A stretch of DNA of 64,000 nt from the NCBI GenBank assembly GCA_050250935.1, contig JBFWNS010000008.1, forward strand, positions 1 through 64,000. The letters run 5' to 3'. Shown one piece after another: positions 53,701 to 62,647 of the stretch. Under the pieces are notes generated by a model, which did no database searches, was not told where the DNA came from, and saw nothing but the letters and a program-made list of their open reading frames with translations. Position numbers and translations under genes: made by a program. The stretch's first letter is position 1. Each line of letters starts with the position of its first letter. The DNA is from Candidatus Margulisiibacteriota bacterium (GTDB lineage Bacteria > Margulisbacteria > Marinamargulisbacteria > JBFWNS01).

Positions 53701-55149
53701 GGGAGGCGGCTGTAGACGTCCGCCATGCTTAACCAAGTGTTCTAAGTGGGCTAGCAAATCTACACTATGCCCTGGAATAAGATATGGTCTTAGCTGCTTT
53801 AAAGTCGTGTCAGTTAACCGTTGAACATAGTCAGCGCTGTGAATGGGCTTTCGAATTGCGCAGTACCATGCATAGGCTTTTGGGTTCAAAAACATGTGGT
53901 CGGCCAGCGTAAAACCGTCTTGGGTAACGTAGCTGTCAGGTAAGCCCAACGACACAATTAAAAATTTGATTCCGGGTTTCTGACCTGTTACGCAAGGAGC
54001 TACCTCCCCATCGTCGAACTTGGCACCCCTGGCGTGGGCCTGTTTCACAAGTTCTGCCAATTCGGACTGTCCTTTGACCAGTTTGCGATTGTTGAAAAGC
54101 CAGGTCATTAGGTTAAAGCTGGTGCTTTGGGGAAGCGCACCCATTTTAAGCAGGTCAGTGATACGGTTTAGTTTTTGATTGGTTGGCAAATTCCCAGCGC
54201 AGGCGTCCACAAGCCGTTGCGTCAATAAGGCTTCCAATGTGGTTACAGACGCCAAATCATTTTTGGCCACCAACAATTGCCGCGCCGTTTGCCCAGCATG
54301 ATTGGGCAAATCCAAGCTAGACTCGGTGGCCACTAATTGTTTTAGGGCAAAGTCACGATCGTGAATAATCGCTAAATGCAGGGGGGTATTGCCGGCTGAA
54401 TTGGCAAGACCTATCAGTGATGGTTCTGCCTTTAAAATTTCTTGGAAGCAGCGTTGAGCACCCGACACAACCGCATGATGAAGCAAAGAATTGCCCGAGG
54501 AATCAACCCATTGCCCGAACCTAGTAGGTGTTGGCACGCCCAGACGGGGCCTTAGAATTGCATTCAATCCAGCTAGTTGATCGTTCGCAACGCAATGAAA
54601 AGCCCATCGCTTGCTAAGTGTTTGACTCGGCAAAAATCGAAATTTGCAAGTCAGATCAAACGCAAATTGATCCGTTGATGCTAGCAAAACCGTCATTACC
54701 CCATCAACGGATTGGGCATTAACATTGGGTAAAACAGCCTGAGGCGAGATTTGGCAAACCTTCAAAAATAAAGTGGGGTTTTGGACACAAAAAAGAGGGC
54801 TCAAAGGGTCATAAATAAGTGCTGGCCACCGCTGATGAATGGAAAAATAAACAGCTTCTTGCTTCGTACCTTTGTTTCGTTGAAAATAATCGTGCATAAT
54901 TTTGGCAACAACAACCTGCCCACAGGCTTGTCGATACCGTTGTTGCATGCTACCAAGTTTATTGACGATCGCAGTCAGTGCAGCATCCACGGACTGGCCT
55001 CCCAAGGAATCCAGCCATTTGTTATAGACGGCTATCTCTTTAGCAGACAAAGAGGTCCCCATGGCTTTCTTCCTGAGAATCTCAGTGGTATAAATTTTAA
55101 AAACATTAACATGGTAACCGATAGATACAGCCGGTAATGAAATCATCAA
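50713..55149 (-). CDS. Large ankyrin-repeat protein with C-terminal G[FY][DN]xx pentapeptide repeats
   Basis: GNSLLHHAV, GNTPLHLAI, GQTARQL ankyrin repeats; about 230 aa of GFNRD/GYDRE-type repeats. Confidence 0.8.
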   Translation of the reverse strand: MMISLPAVSIGYHVNVFKIYTTEILRKKAMGTSLSAKEIAVYNKWLDSLGGQSVDAALTAIVNKLGSMQQRYRQACGQVVVAKIMHDYFQRNKGTKQEAVYFSIHQRWPALIYDPLSPLFCVQNPTLFLKVCQISPQAVLPNVNAQSVDGVMTVLLASTDQFAFDLTCKFRFLPSQTLSKRWAFHCVANDQLAGLNAILRPRLGVPTPTRFGQWVDSSGNSLLHHAVVSGAQRCFQEILKAEPSLIGLANSAGNTPLHLAIIHDRDFALKQLVATESSLDLPNHAGQTARQLLVAKNDLASVTTLEALLTQRLVDACAGNLPTNQKLNRITDLLKMGALPQSTSFNLMTWLFNNRKLVKGQSELAELVKQAHARGAKFDDGEVAPCVTGQKPGIKFLIVSLGLPDSYVTQDGFTLADHMFLNPKAYAWYCAIRKPIHSADYVQRLTDTTLKQLRPYLIPGHSVDLLAHLEHLVKHGGRLQPPPTVGMFSIADHAHYQSRFLDICLEGDDSQLTEVYIRDLEENLPWEISGQHGDDRLTLALNRLTDLMGFHGSRVLSIGMESFERSCYTLLRHNHPQAAAFRTRWLELMAGEKDRLVEKAIRQLEVLVPSPFAEYSAEYTSPDKGLVNAVVQTLQVYGPLILKDEKFQAWCRTFFDSRDFDAFLSGEERHAILEVLIKNDTSSDYMISHMVIEKYALLHFDKAAAESVDWLVILGQARRIIPLFGERMKGTSLPKMLLNLLLQIPILSHEFRPQCGEIAQMIQFLIHQGGWSRPIDFVTIKLVPDTEHPHAEVAQTYTDSLVKGEVPPTSSEALKGFFQLLVNGDVEHAARCLTEGKISPTAGFDDGLNLLDLVVLRSMDSAAPTTDTMESMADFLIQHQVGLSPEFSAYFYRAWDRDGSTRLLAQMTEKDSSPTASRVDTPKLSPPRLACGVLATVLEKSDASRKALNIRGATPLEFLDTMTKALEWFGSNQHAKQFVSECSDLSQEIPDASWAELVQIQLTRRLFQIKETVPLAILREVMRLKFATFWYPPERLGKAKFPQQIGNEPLKVDEPWASWARHFPDSHSRRFAALLFETIAHNSSTLIAFNMQKGPTNSAFAVFRAICYGCSLDQWLPVDDAVEEIVRRKVPLGPLHVLPVLPSFLSILMSGQRRAFIDAICAELLVCELDSVTYFIKLWPHRAHPILKTVSLVASQTNPQAHKRAFELATTYDHNGYSRLSGFNRDGFHRDTHTQYNPEGFNRDGYNKEGLDKDGYNRSGRNREGFDRTGYDLDGLDSQGFHRTSGFNLMGLDRNGFNKDGYSYLGYDKEGFNRNGRDRHGRSREYLDIFCSHSPLAYSWNGYNRAGYNRDGFHIDGYNRWGYDLTGLDARGYDRWGYNRAGYDDNRYNRRGYNRNGFNKAGIHFETRTRYNPDGFDKDGVDREGYDTSGFNSRGFDREGLDRNLCDHSGRQYYWGVTGYVYPGDGGREEAWGWVERR

Positions 55150-55182
55150 AAATAAATATACTCAAAAAATTGAAAATGTAAA

Positions 55183-55500
55183 TATGTTCTGGATCTATGT
55201 GGCCTTACCTCGTTGGATACGGCAAAAATAAGGCATCAAAGTCCAGACCGATCGAATTGGGTTGATGCATGATGTATAAAATATGGTGTTGCTCTGGTTT
55301 TAATTTATGAAGATTGGTTTCCAAATTTGCCTGAAAAATGGACAAAGCTTGGCGACTTGGAATTGCTGAGGCCTAGGGTATCCCCAGCAGGTAGCCGAGT
55401 TTCTTTTTTTGTAGCAATTCCAGAAGCAACGGCTGCCCTAGATAAATTTATAAAAACGATTGAACTTCATGAGGTTGAGCCCCTTTTCGATTCAAGATAA
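55183..55500 (+). pseudogene. Decayed gene fragment with internal TGA
   Basis: YVLDLCGLTS...WVDA*CIKYGVALVLIYEDWFPNLPEKWTKLG...; protein-like frame without a start, interrupted at 55270-55272. Confidence 0.4.
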
Positions 55501-55642
55501 AAATAATTGAAAAAATTAAATAGATACCACCTTCGCTTGTATTTGTTTTACGGCCGCGAATTGTACCGAACCATCTGCCGTTCCGCCCAACCTGGGGGCA
55601 CAGCGGGGTATAACAAAAGTTTAAATTCGAACTTTGTTTTTT

Positions 55643-56809
55643 CTAAGTTTCTCTCGTAAACACAACCTTCTCCATCTCCTGCCAAGGACAAATGGTAATA
55701 CCATTTGAAACCCTGCGAATGGGTTCTTGGCAGATGCAGATTCCGGCTGAATTGTGGGTGTCCGAAACCACCCCGTGCAATGATTGAAGATGTTTGGGCT
55801 GAATATCCGATCGGGATTTAATTTCCACAAACAGTGTTTCTTGGCCTGGCCTTTCGATGACCAGATCAATTTCCATAGAAGGGGATGCCAGATAAGAAAA
55901 CCGATAGCCTGCCTCAAAATAATGATTCATGCGAAGCAATTCCAAAACAATAAATTGTTCAAACAATCGACCATATTCCGATGACTGTGGCACCAGTGTA
56001 TTGGATACTGTTCCCACCAATGCGCGTGTAACGCCGGTATCAAAAAAATAAAATTTGGGATGTGTTTTTTGGCGTTTTCGGATGGAATGGTGATAGGCGG
56101 GAAGAATAAATCCGATCAAGGTATCTTCCAAAATACCGAAATAGGATTTAATGGTTTTAGAATCGATTCCGGTATCGTTGGCCATATTTGAAAAATTCAA
56201 ACAGTTCCCATTTTCAGCAGCTGCAAGTTGAAGAAAATGGGTAAAGCCTCTCAGATTTCTGACAATGCCCTCGGCTTGAATTTCTTCAGCCAAATAGGTG
56301 TTGGTATAAGATTTTAGAAACCGTTGCTTAAATTGCGGGCTTTCTAAGGCAAAAACCTTAGGAAGGCTTCCGTACTGGAGCACAGAATCAAGTTGAAATT
56401 GGGTGCCCAACTCCCGATACGTTAAGGGGTGTAAATAAAAAGAGAACGCCCGGCCTGCTAATAAATTGGCCTGACCGCGCCTCAATTTTCGGGCACTGGA
56501 GCCCGTCAGAGCAAAGTTGAGATGAGGATATTTTTCCATCAGCAGATGCACTTCATTGAGCAATTCAGGAACATACTGAATCTCATCAATCACAACCCAA
56601 TCCACCGCTTTGGCTGATTCAACCATATCCACCAACCGATGTGGCGACTTTTCCAACACCAACCGCACATCCGAATTCAATAAATTAAGAACCAGCATTT
56701 TGGACGGATCGGCGATTCCAGACAAAAGCGTCGATTTTCCTGTGCCTCGTGGCCCAAACAAGAAAAAGGAGTGGTTTATAGAAAGATCGAGCTCTCGTTT
56801 AATCAACAT
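55643..56809 (-). CDS. AAA_14 ATPase with DUF4143 and C-terminal PD-(D/E)xK-like domain
   Basis: GPRGTGKST, IDEIQ, LTGSS, LAGR, PKFYFFDTG, EIDLVI, VEIK. Confidence 0.9.
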   Translation of the reverse strand: MLIKRELDLSINHSFFLFGPRGTGKSTLLSGIADPSKMLVLNLLNSDVRLVLEKSPHRLVDMVESAKAVDWVVIDEIQYVPELLNEVHLLMEKYPHLNFALTGSSARKLRRGQANLLAGRAFSFYLHPLTYRELGTQFQLDSVLQYGSLPKVFALESPQFKQRFLKSYTNTYLAEEIQAEGIVRNLRGFTHFLQLAAAENGNCLNFSNMANDTGIDSKTIKSYFGILEDTLIGFILPAYHHSIRKRQKTHPKFYFFDTGVTRALVGTVSNTLVPQSSEYGRLFEQFIVLELLRMNHYFEAGYRFSYLASPSMEIDLVIERPGQETLFVEIKSRSDIQPKHLQSLHGVVSDTHNSAGICICQEPIRRVSNGITICPWQEMEKVVFTRET

Positions 56810-57046
56810 AAACCTAGGATATCAAAGCTATGGAAAAAATGGAACATATTCCGAAAAATCATGGAAAAAGTGGAGTGTGTTCCAGTTTAAACCTGATTTC
56901 GAGTAAAGCGCAGTATCAGTGAAAATTATAAATCGGATTCTCAATTTTCACTGTTTATTCGTGAAAACCGGAAAGATAGTAATTTGGTGGATAGTCATGC
57001 CTGGGCCAGATTATCTGATGCGTTTCATCGGTAGATTTTGGAAAGG

Positions 57047-57074
57047 TGCAATTTTTTACTGATTTTTCCGATTC
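57047..57074 (+). promoter_or_regulatory. Sigma-28-like motif variant TGCAAT-N16-CGATTC
   Basis: TGCAAT 57047-57052 and CCGATTC 57068-57074, directly upstream of 57081. Confidence 0.55.
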
Positions 57075-57080
57075 TTATAC

Positions 57081-57908
57081 ATGAATCGAAAAATGATTGC
57101 GTTAGTGCCCTGCTATCCTGAAGAACAAAAACAAGTCATGGCGGCGTTTTTGGCCAGTGCACCACTGGTGATTGATCAGGCGGCATGCACAGACAATTTG
57201 TGGTTTGGACTGATTGATAAATGTAGGCCCCCAAACCTTGATTCAACATTATGGCCTGAAACATTTGTGGGCATTAACATCTGCATGGCCATGACCCTGG
57301 CTTTAGGCAAACAGTTGGTGGAGCAGTTTAATTGGAAGGTGTCGGTTATAACGAGCTTTGGAAAATCTGTGTACCATCATTGGTTTTTGAGGATCGAAAA
57401 TGCCTTGTACAAGGATGGTTTAATCGTATGCCCGACCTATCGTCAGATTGCGTTGGATACCAATCGGTCGAATCCAGGAGAATTGAGTGAGGATAAACTT
57501 TCCGGGCAAGATGCACGGTTGGCTTATGAGACCCTTATGTTTAGGCAATTAGGGCCAGTTCTCATCGTGCAACCCCATGACTTACCTGTTTTAGCCCAGC
57601 GTATTGAAATGACCCATTCACGCGCGTATCCTCACCGACAAAGAACGGGCTATACCCCAACATGGCATACCTTATATCAAGAAGGTGGCCGATTAGACCT
57701 AAATTCACTCTTACAAAAAAGTCTATCAATGCAAGTGGAAACCATCTTGCAATTTGATCCTACATTGCGCACAGTAGGCGCTTTCGATATAGGTCAGATT
57801 CTTAGGACGATTCTGGAGCAGTCCCAGCAGGTTTATGTTCAACCGCCTCAGCGCTTTGAGCACTTCGCTCAAGAACAGCTGGAGCATCATGCGTTGTGGA
57901 TGGGCTAA
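57081..57908 (+). CDS. Hypothetical protein, possible transglutaminase/papain-like fold
   Basis: ICMAMT...YHHWFL...IVCPTYRQ resembles the C...H...DPTxxQ pattern with Asp replaced by Cys. Confidence 0.55.
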   Translation: MNRKMIALVPCYPEEQKQVMAAFLASAPLVIDQAACTDNLWFGLIDKCRPPNLDSTLWPETFVGINICMAMTLALGKQLVEQFNWKVSVITSFGKSVYHHWFLRIENALYKDGLIVCPTYRQIALDTNRSNPGELSEDKLSGQDARLAYETLMFRQLGPVLIVQPHDLPVLAQRIEMTHSRAYPHRQRTGYTPTWHTLYQEGGRLDLNSLLQKSLSMQVETILQFDPTLRTVGAFDIGQILRTILEQSQQVYVQPPQRFEHFAQEQLEHHALWMG

Positions 57909-57911
57909 AGT

Positions 57912-60900
57912 CTACAACCACGCCAGCGCGGCTGCTAAATCATCTGGGTCTATGCCTGAAAAATCTTTCAGGTCTGTGCCCAGTGTGGTTTGAAGGTTGC
58001 TCAGAAGGCGGTGTAAAAGCTGCCGCGTTTTGATGATATTTGCATCCAAAGCTGTAAGAATGGCGGTGCGGCCTTCGGGCCTAAAGTTTGAGGTGGTCGT
58101 GGCCGGGTCTAGGTGGTACTCAATGTTACCAAGACAGGCTAAAAAACGTCGGTAGCGTGGGGCATCGTCGGTGGTTACGAAAATTGTATGGAAAAAATTC
58201 AGATGCTTCGATAGAGAATCATAGGCGTGTGTGTGAAAAATATCAAAGGCCATAACCAACCTGCGTTGAAAGGCGGTGGATTCGTTCATGGGGTGCGGTG
58301 CGGTTGTGGCCATGCACTTAAGCGAAAAAATATCATAGGCAAGCTCTGACATCAGGTCCCCAAACTCAATGTGGGAGGGGAAACGAGCGGGGTCTAATCC
58401 ACAGTGTTGGATGATTTGCTTAGGGCCATCCGGTAGGTGTCGACGGAGTTTTTGTGTGTGCACATGTTGCGCCTGATTGAAGCCCGCCAACAGAGGAGTA
58501 AAGTCGACCCCTTGTGCCAAGCGAGCGTGGAGCTCCGTTAAAAATTGGTCTAAAATGATCGGGAAGCCAGCGGTCTCACAAAAGATGCCGTATTCTTGTT
58601 CATAAAAGAAGGCACATTGAATGTTCAGTAACTGAAGCATCCAGTCTGCGGTTTTATGGCTTGGGATGGCACAAAATTTTTGAAGTTCGGTGCCGACTTG
58701 CAGTGGTCGTAATATTTCTGGGCCCAGAGTGGAACTTCTTCTGGCCGCTTGTTGCAACCGTTCTGGTGAGGTGCCGTAACAATCCCGCACAAGAATTTTG
58801 CGTGTGTCGTGTACGGGTCGCCGCTCTGAGGTGGTCATGGCTTGTCTGATAAGCAGGGAGTGTTCGGAATCTGCTGGAAAGGGGCTCAAAACACAGTGGG
58901 GCGTTGTGCCATTACGGACTACCATGGGTAAAGGGACACCCGACCAGCGGTGGGTTAAGCCGGTTAGAATCGGGGTTAACCGCCGAATGGCTTCATCTCT
59001 GAGACCCTGTGGAGAGTCGGCAATGGCCAAATACAAGAAGTGGCTTAACTGTCTAAAGTCCACACCCGATCGAAGTTCAGAGGCAATGCCCACAAATTCA
59101 GCCGCCTGGTCCGGGTTGCGTAATGGTTTTACTCGTTTTGCAATGTCTGGGTAGTGCATCGTTTCTCCCCAAGACAGTATCGGTGTAACGGGCCTTGAAG
59201 GGGGTTGGGCAGGGATGCTCATGGGTTGAGGTTCGGTAAAGATAATTTTTGCGACCACATCGGCAAGCCAAGCGTGATCGGTCAGAAAAAGCCGCTCGCC
59301 CCGATACTGGGTCACATACAGTAGAAGATCGTCCAAAGAATGAATGAACGCAGAAAAATCAACAAAATTAAACTGTTCGGGTTCGGCGTGGCTTAGCAAC
59401 AACCGTAAAACAACGTGGGTATAGCCCTGAAGAGCGTATCCGACGCCCACTTGTTTAAGAACTTCTCCCTCAAAATTAGACGAAAAGCATAGGTTCATTT
59501 GGGCGACGCAGCGCATGGCCAAGTTAGTGTAATCGGGTGAACTGGCGGCAATGACCGTCACAGGGAGCATCAACTTGAGGGTGTCGAGTGTCGCTGGTAG
59601 GGTGGGGGATTGCAAGCAGGTATTCCAGTGGTCCAGCCATTTTCGGGCCAGCAACGGCCGGTCTAGCAGGACGGGAAAAACGGCTTGGTGCTGGTCTAAG
59701 TGGAGTGCGTCATGGAACCCTTGCAGGTCAACTGTTGGACCCATAAGGGTCAGTCTAAGTTCAAAATAAACCGGCCAATGCGGATGGTTGGGTTGAAGGT
59801 CCATCATCGGGGGTGTGGTGTACAAAAGGGGTGGGATCACCGTAGTGGCGACGGCACAGCTTTTGAGCTCAAATAGATCATCCAGCCAACGTTGGCAGGT
59901 TTGTTCGGTGGTACAGGTGTGGCCCAGCCGAAGCCGCATGACTTGATGTCCGATCTGAGCCTTGTCGAGGCTGAACAGCGTATGTGCCAAGTCGTTAAAC
60001 GGCTCGGGGGTTGAAAATTTTTCAATAAACCGCGTGATAACCCGCATCAAAAAAGCAACTGATTTATTGGATCGGGCCGCCAATGCCGACATAACCCAGT
60101 CTCTAAATCCTACCGGGTTAAGCCTGGCATACCGTTCTGCCAGTTCGGGATAATCCAAAATTTGGGCTGTTTTGGCTGCGGCTGCTTTTTCTAAGATAGG
60201 GGCAAAGTTCGAGTCGGGTAAATCGGCAGGTAGGCTTAACAGGTCGTTAAAAATGTCCTCCCAATTGGGATTTCGAAGGTCCACTCTGGTTTGCAATCGA
60301 TCCCAAAACGTGGGGGCATCCACCCGTGCAGGGTTGTCTGGTGCATTGGCTTGCGTGTGGGTGGGTGCTGCGCTGGGTTGAGCCTGTGTGCGTGCAGGCC
60401 ATTGGGACAACAATCGTGAAAGCGGTTCTGTTAAAAAAGCTTGGTGAGCCTCGTCGTTATGCTCGCTGGGTTTGGGGAATTCTACGGGCAAAAGGAGGGT
60501 AGGGAGGTCGGGATTTTTGGGCTTGAAGGCATAAAGACGGCATTCTCCTTCGGTTTTGTTTTGAAAGGAAACGCGCTGAAGCTGTCCGTGTGGGGGTAAT
60601 GCATGAGAGGTGGGATAAGGCTGCCATTCTCGGTCCACCGCAATTTTAAGTAAGATCAAGTCGTTTACACAAACGGGGCTGCCGGGTGCTAGGTCTAATA
60701 ACTGAACCTTATAATGGGTACAAACGGCCTCATAAACTTTTTGAATGGTGGCTGCATCCAACTTAGCAACCGCTGCTTCGAGACTGGCTCGACCCAGGTT
60801 TTTCCAGGCGACAATAAAAGGGCTCAGATCTGCTGGTGCTGCCACCAATTTCCCGGCTTCTTTTAAAAAATTTTCAACCTGATCTTTGTTACGCTTGATA

Positions 60901-60971
60901 AGCCGGTTGGCCAAGGTCGTGGCCTGTTGTTGGCTAAGGCCAAAAGGTGGTGCTGCAAGTTGTTTTTTCAT
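57912..60971 (-). CDS. Large orphan protein (about 1019 aa)
   Basis: Long ORF; start re-assigned to MKKQL, downstream of the promoter motif, which avoids overlap with the F-box gene. Confidence 0.75.
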   Translation of the reverse strand: MKKQLAAPPFGLSQQQATTLANRLIKRNKDQVENFLKEAGKLVAAPADLSPFIVAWKNLGRASLEAAVAKLDAATIQKVYEAVCTHYKVQLLDLAPGSPVCVNDLILLKIAVDREWQPYPTSHALPPHGQLQRVSFQNKTEGECRLYAFKPKNPDLPTLLLPVEFPKPSEHNDEAHQAFLTEPLSRLLSQWPARTQAQPSAAPTHTQANAPDNPARVDAPTFWDRLQTRVDLRNPNWEDIFNDLLSLPADLPDSNFAPILEKAAAAKTAQILDYPELAERYARLNPVGFRDWVMSALAARSNKSVAFLMRVITRFIEKFSTPEPFNDLAHTLFSLDKAQIGHQVMRLRLGHTCTTEQTCQRWLDDLFELKSCAVATTVIPPLLYTTPPMMDLQPNHPHWPVYFELRLTLMGPTVDLQGFHDALHLDQHQAVFPVLLDRPLLARKWLDHWNTCLQSPTLPATLDTLKLMLPVTVIAASSPDYTNLAMRCVAQMNLCFSSNFEGEVLKQVGVGYALQGYTHVVLRLLLSHAEPEQFNFVDFSAFIHSLDDLLLYVTQYRGERLFLTDHAWLADVVAKIIFTEPQPMSIPAQPPSRPVTPILSWGETMHYPDIAKRVKPLRNPDQAAEFVGIASELRSGVDFRQLSHFLYLAIADSPQGLRDEAIRRLTPILTGLTHRWSGVPLPMVVRNGTTPHCVLSPFPADSEHSLLIRQAMTTSERRPVHDTRKILVRDCYGTSPERLQQAARRSSTLGPEILRPLQVGTELQKFCAIPSHKTADWMLQLLNIQCAFFYEQEYGIFCETAGFPIILDQFLTELHARLAQGVDFTPLLAGFNQAQHVHTQKLRRHLPDGPKQIIQHCGLDPARFPSHIEFGDLMSELAYDIFSLKCMATTAPHPMNESTAFQRRLVMAFDIFHTHAYDSLSKHLNFFHTIFVTTDDAPRYRRFLACLGNIEYHLDPATTTSNFRPEGRTAILTALDANIIKTRQLLHRLLSNLQTTLGTDLKDFSGIDPDDLAAALAWL

Positions 60972-61002
60972 AAATACCCTAATGGTCCTTTTTTGTAGAG
61001 AA

Positions 61003-61031
61003 TTATCGGCTCTATAATGCAAATAATTGCA
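61003..61031 (-). promoter_or_regulatory. Sigma-28-like promoter TGCAAT-N15-GCCGATAA
   Basis: Perfect GCCGATAA -10 box (plus strand TTATCGGC 61003-61010) and ATTGCA 61026-61031. Confidence 0.75.
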
Positions 61032-61035
61032 ATAT

Positions 61036-62049
61036 TTAGACAGCTTCGGGCACGTGGGGATTCGGTTTGAACAGGTTGGGGGGATATATGTCACGTGTCG
61101 ATACATGTCTGGTTTCTTTTATCCGGTCTCCTTCTCGGTAAAATCCGACGGGCCCCCAGTATTGGGTTGTTGTGTCCCACGCCCTACCAAACCCATTCTC
61201 TACAAAATGCTCTGATTCGTTATTGTAACCTTCTGTCTGTAGAAGCCCAAAATAACTTGAATATACCATCTCTCGGGCATTGAAAATGCACGCAGTTTTC
61301 GATTCTCTCAGAACGTAAGTATTGAATATCTGCGCTTGTTCTGACATCAGCGATGTATCAAAAGTGATCATGTGACTGCTGTTCCGATTCGGCTTGATCG
61401 AAGGACCCTTATCCCAAGTTTCGAAGTAAGGCTCTCCACCGATCCTTCTTTCTATCATTCCAAACATCCAAAGTCCTTCGTTAATGTCATGAAAATGTCG
61501 CTGATACACCAGAGGACCAATTCGAAGTGCCATTTGCCAATGTGAGTTCTTCAAGGTTCCAAATCCAAATCCAAAGTCCAACTTTGGATGTTTTGCATCT
61601 TCATTCAGTAGAACAGAAGTTACTTCATCAAATTGAATTTTTGTAAGGTGACGTAGTGTCAGGCGAAGAATCCTGGGATCAATTCGATATTCTGGCTTTT
61701 CGTGGTTACAAACGTGATTGATCACTTTGTCTTCGACACAAATTCTCCGCCACGCCTCTGCCCCATCTGCCTCTGGCGCATTGACGAGCGGAAACCCGAA
61801 TATTGCGGGGGGAGAATTCAGTTTTAGATCGTGTCGTTCGATCAAGTTTGCAAAGCAATGCTCTCTATCCTGCCAATAGTGCACCGCCATTTCAGAATAG
61901 TTGCAAAACTCTTGAAATGATCCATAGAAAGACCTGCTTACTGTGGATAACCGAAGAAGGTCCGGCGTTGGCAACTGTCCCATTACCATTTCCTTTATCT
62001 CTTGAGGTAGCTGGGAAAAGTAGGCTATGTGTTTGTGTAGCGTTTTCAT
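61036..62049 (-). CDS. F-box domain protein
   Basis: N-terminal FSQLPQEIKEMVMGQLPTPDLLRLSTVSRSF fits the F-box consensus; GGAG RBS. Confidence 0.8.
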   Translation of the reverse strand: MKTLHKHIAYFSQLPQEIKEMVMGQLPTPDLLRLSTVSRSFYGSFQEFCNYSEMAVHYWQDREHCFANLIERHDLKLNSPPAIFGFPLVNAPEADGAEAWRRICVEDKVINHVCNHEKPEYRIDPRILRLTLRHLTKIQFDEVTSVLLNEDAKHPKLDFGFGFGTLKNSHWQMALRIGPLVYQRHFHDINEGLWMFGMIERRIGGEPYFETWDKGPSIKPNRNSSHMITFDTSLMSEQAQIFNTYVLRESKTACIFNAREMVYSSYFGLLQTEGYNNESEHFVENGFGRAWDTTTQYWGPVGFYREGDRIKETRHVSTRDIYPPNLFKPNPHVPEAV

Positions 62050-62093
62050 TTATCTCCGCCTTGGATTCAGGGATTGGCGCACTTCTATTTAGT

Positions 62094-62121
62094 TTATCGT
62101 ATTGGATTTTGGTTTATTGCA
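62094..62121 (-). promoter_or_regulatory. Sigma-28-like promoter motif TGCAAT-N16-CGATAA
   Basis: Plus strand reads TTATCG 62094-62099 and ATTGCA 62116-62121. Confidence 0.7.
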
Positions 62122-62141
62122 GGATAATGGGTTTTGGTAAC

Positions 62142-62529
62142 TTGTAATCACAAATGCACAGCCTTTGTGAGTCGCAAAGCCAAAGCAAGTTTGTCTTTAC
62201 TCCCCCGCAGGGGCTTGAAATGCAATTGTACAGAGTAACTGGCGGAGAGGGAGGGATTCGAGCTTAATAGGAATTAACCTCGAGAAGAATCCTATTTATA
62301 AAACCGTTCGCTGAGGCTCACTGGTTCGAAGGTGATTGTAATCACACCTCCGCAGTCGGTGTGAGTCGCAAAGCCAAAGCAAGTTTGTCTTTACTCCCCC
62401 GCAGGGACTTGAAATGCAATTGTACAGGGTAACTGGCGGAGAGGGAGGGATTCGAGCTTAATAGGAATTAACCTCGAGAAGAATCCTATTTATAAACCGT
62501 TCGCTGACGCTCACTGGTTCGAATCCCTC
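62142..62529 (-). repeat. Two tandem 194-bp units, each containing a copy of the tRNA-Ser 3' end
   Basis: Units start at 62142 and 62336; TGGCGGAGAGGGAGGGATTCGA occurs at 62240, 62434 and in the tRNA at 62557. Confidence 0.92.
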
Positions 62530-62556
62530 TTTGGGATTTTCGGTTTTTTAATCAAC

Positions 62557-62647
62557 TGGCGGAGAGGGAGGGATTCGAACCCTCGCTAGGTTTGACCCTA
62601 CTAACGGTTTAGCAAACCGCCCCCTTGAGCCACTTGGGTACCTCTCC
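62557..62647 (-). tRNA. tRNA-Ser(GCT)
   Basis: GGAGAGGTACCCAAGTGG...CGGTTTGCTAAACCG, long variable arm, GGTTCGAATCCC...CCGCCA; 91 nt. Confidence 0.95.

Noticed and set aside
55270..55272. Recoded TGA (selenocysteine or alternative genetic code)
   Set aside because: TGA serves as a normal stop elsewhere in the window (sodC, rfbG); no SECIS evident; a pseudogene is simpler
45691..62556. Prophage or integrative element between tRNA-Ala and tRNA-Ser
   Set aside because: No integrase, phage or conjugation genes; no distant att duplicate of either tRNA seen
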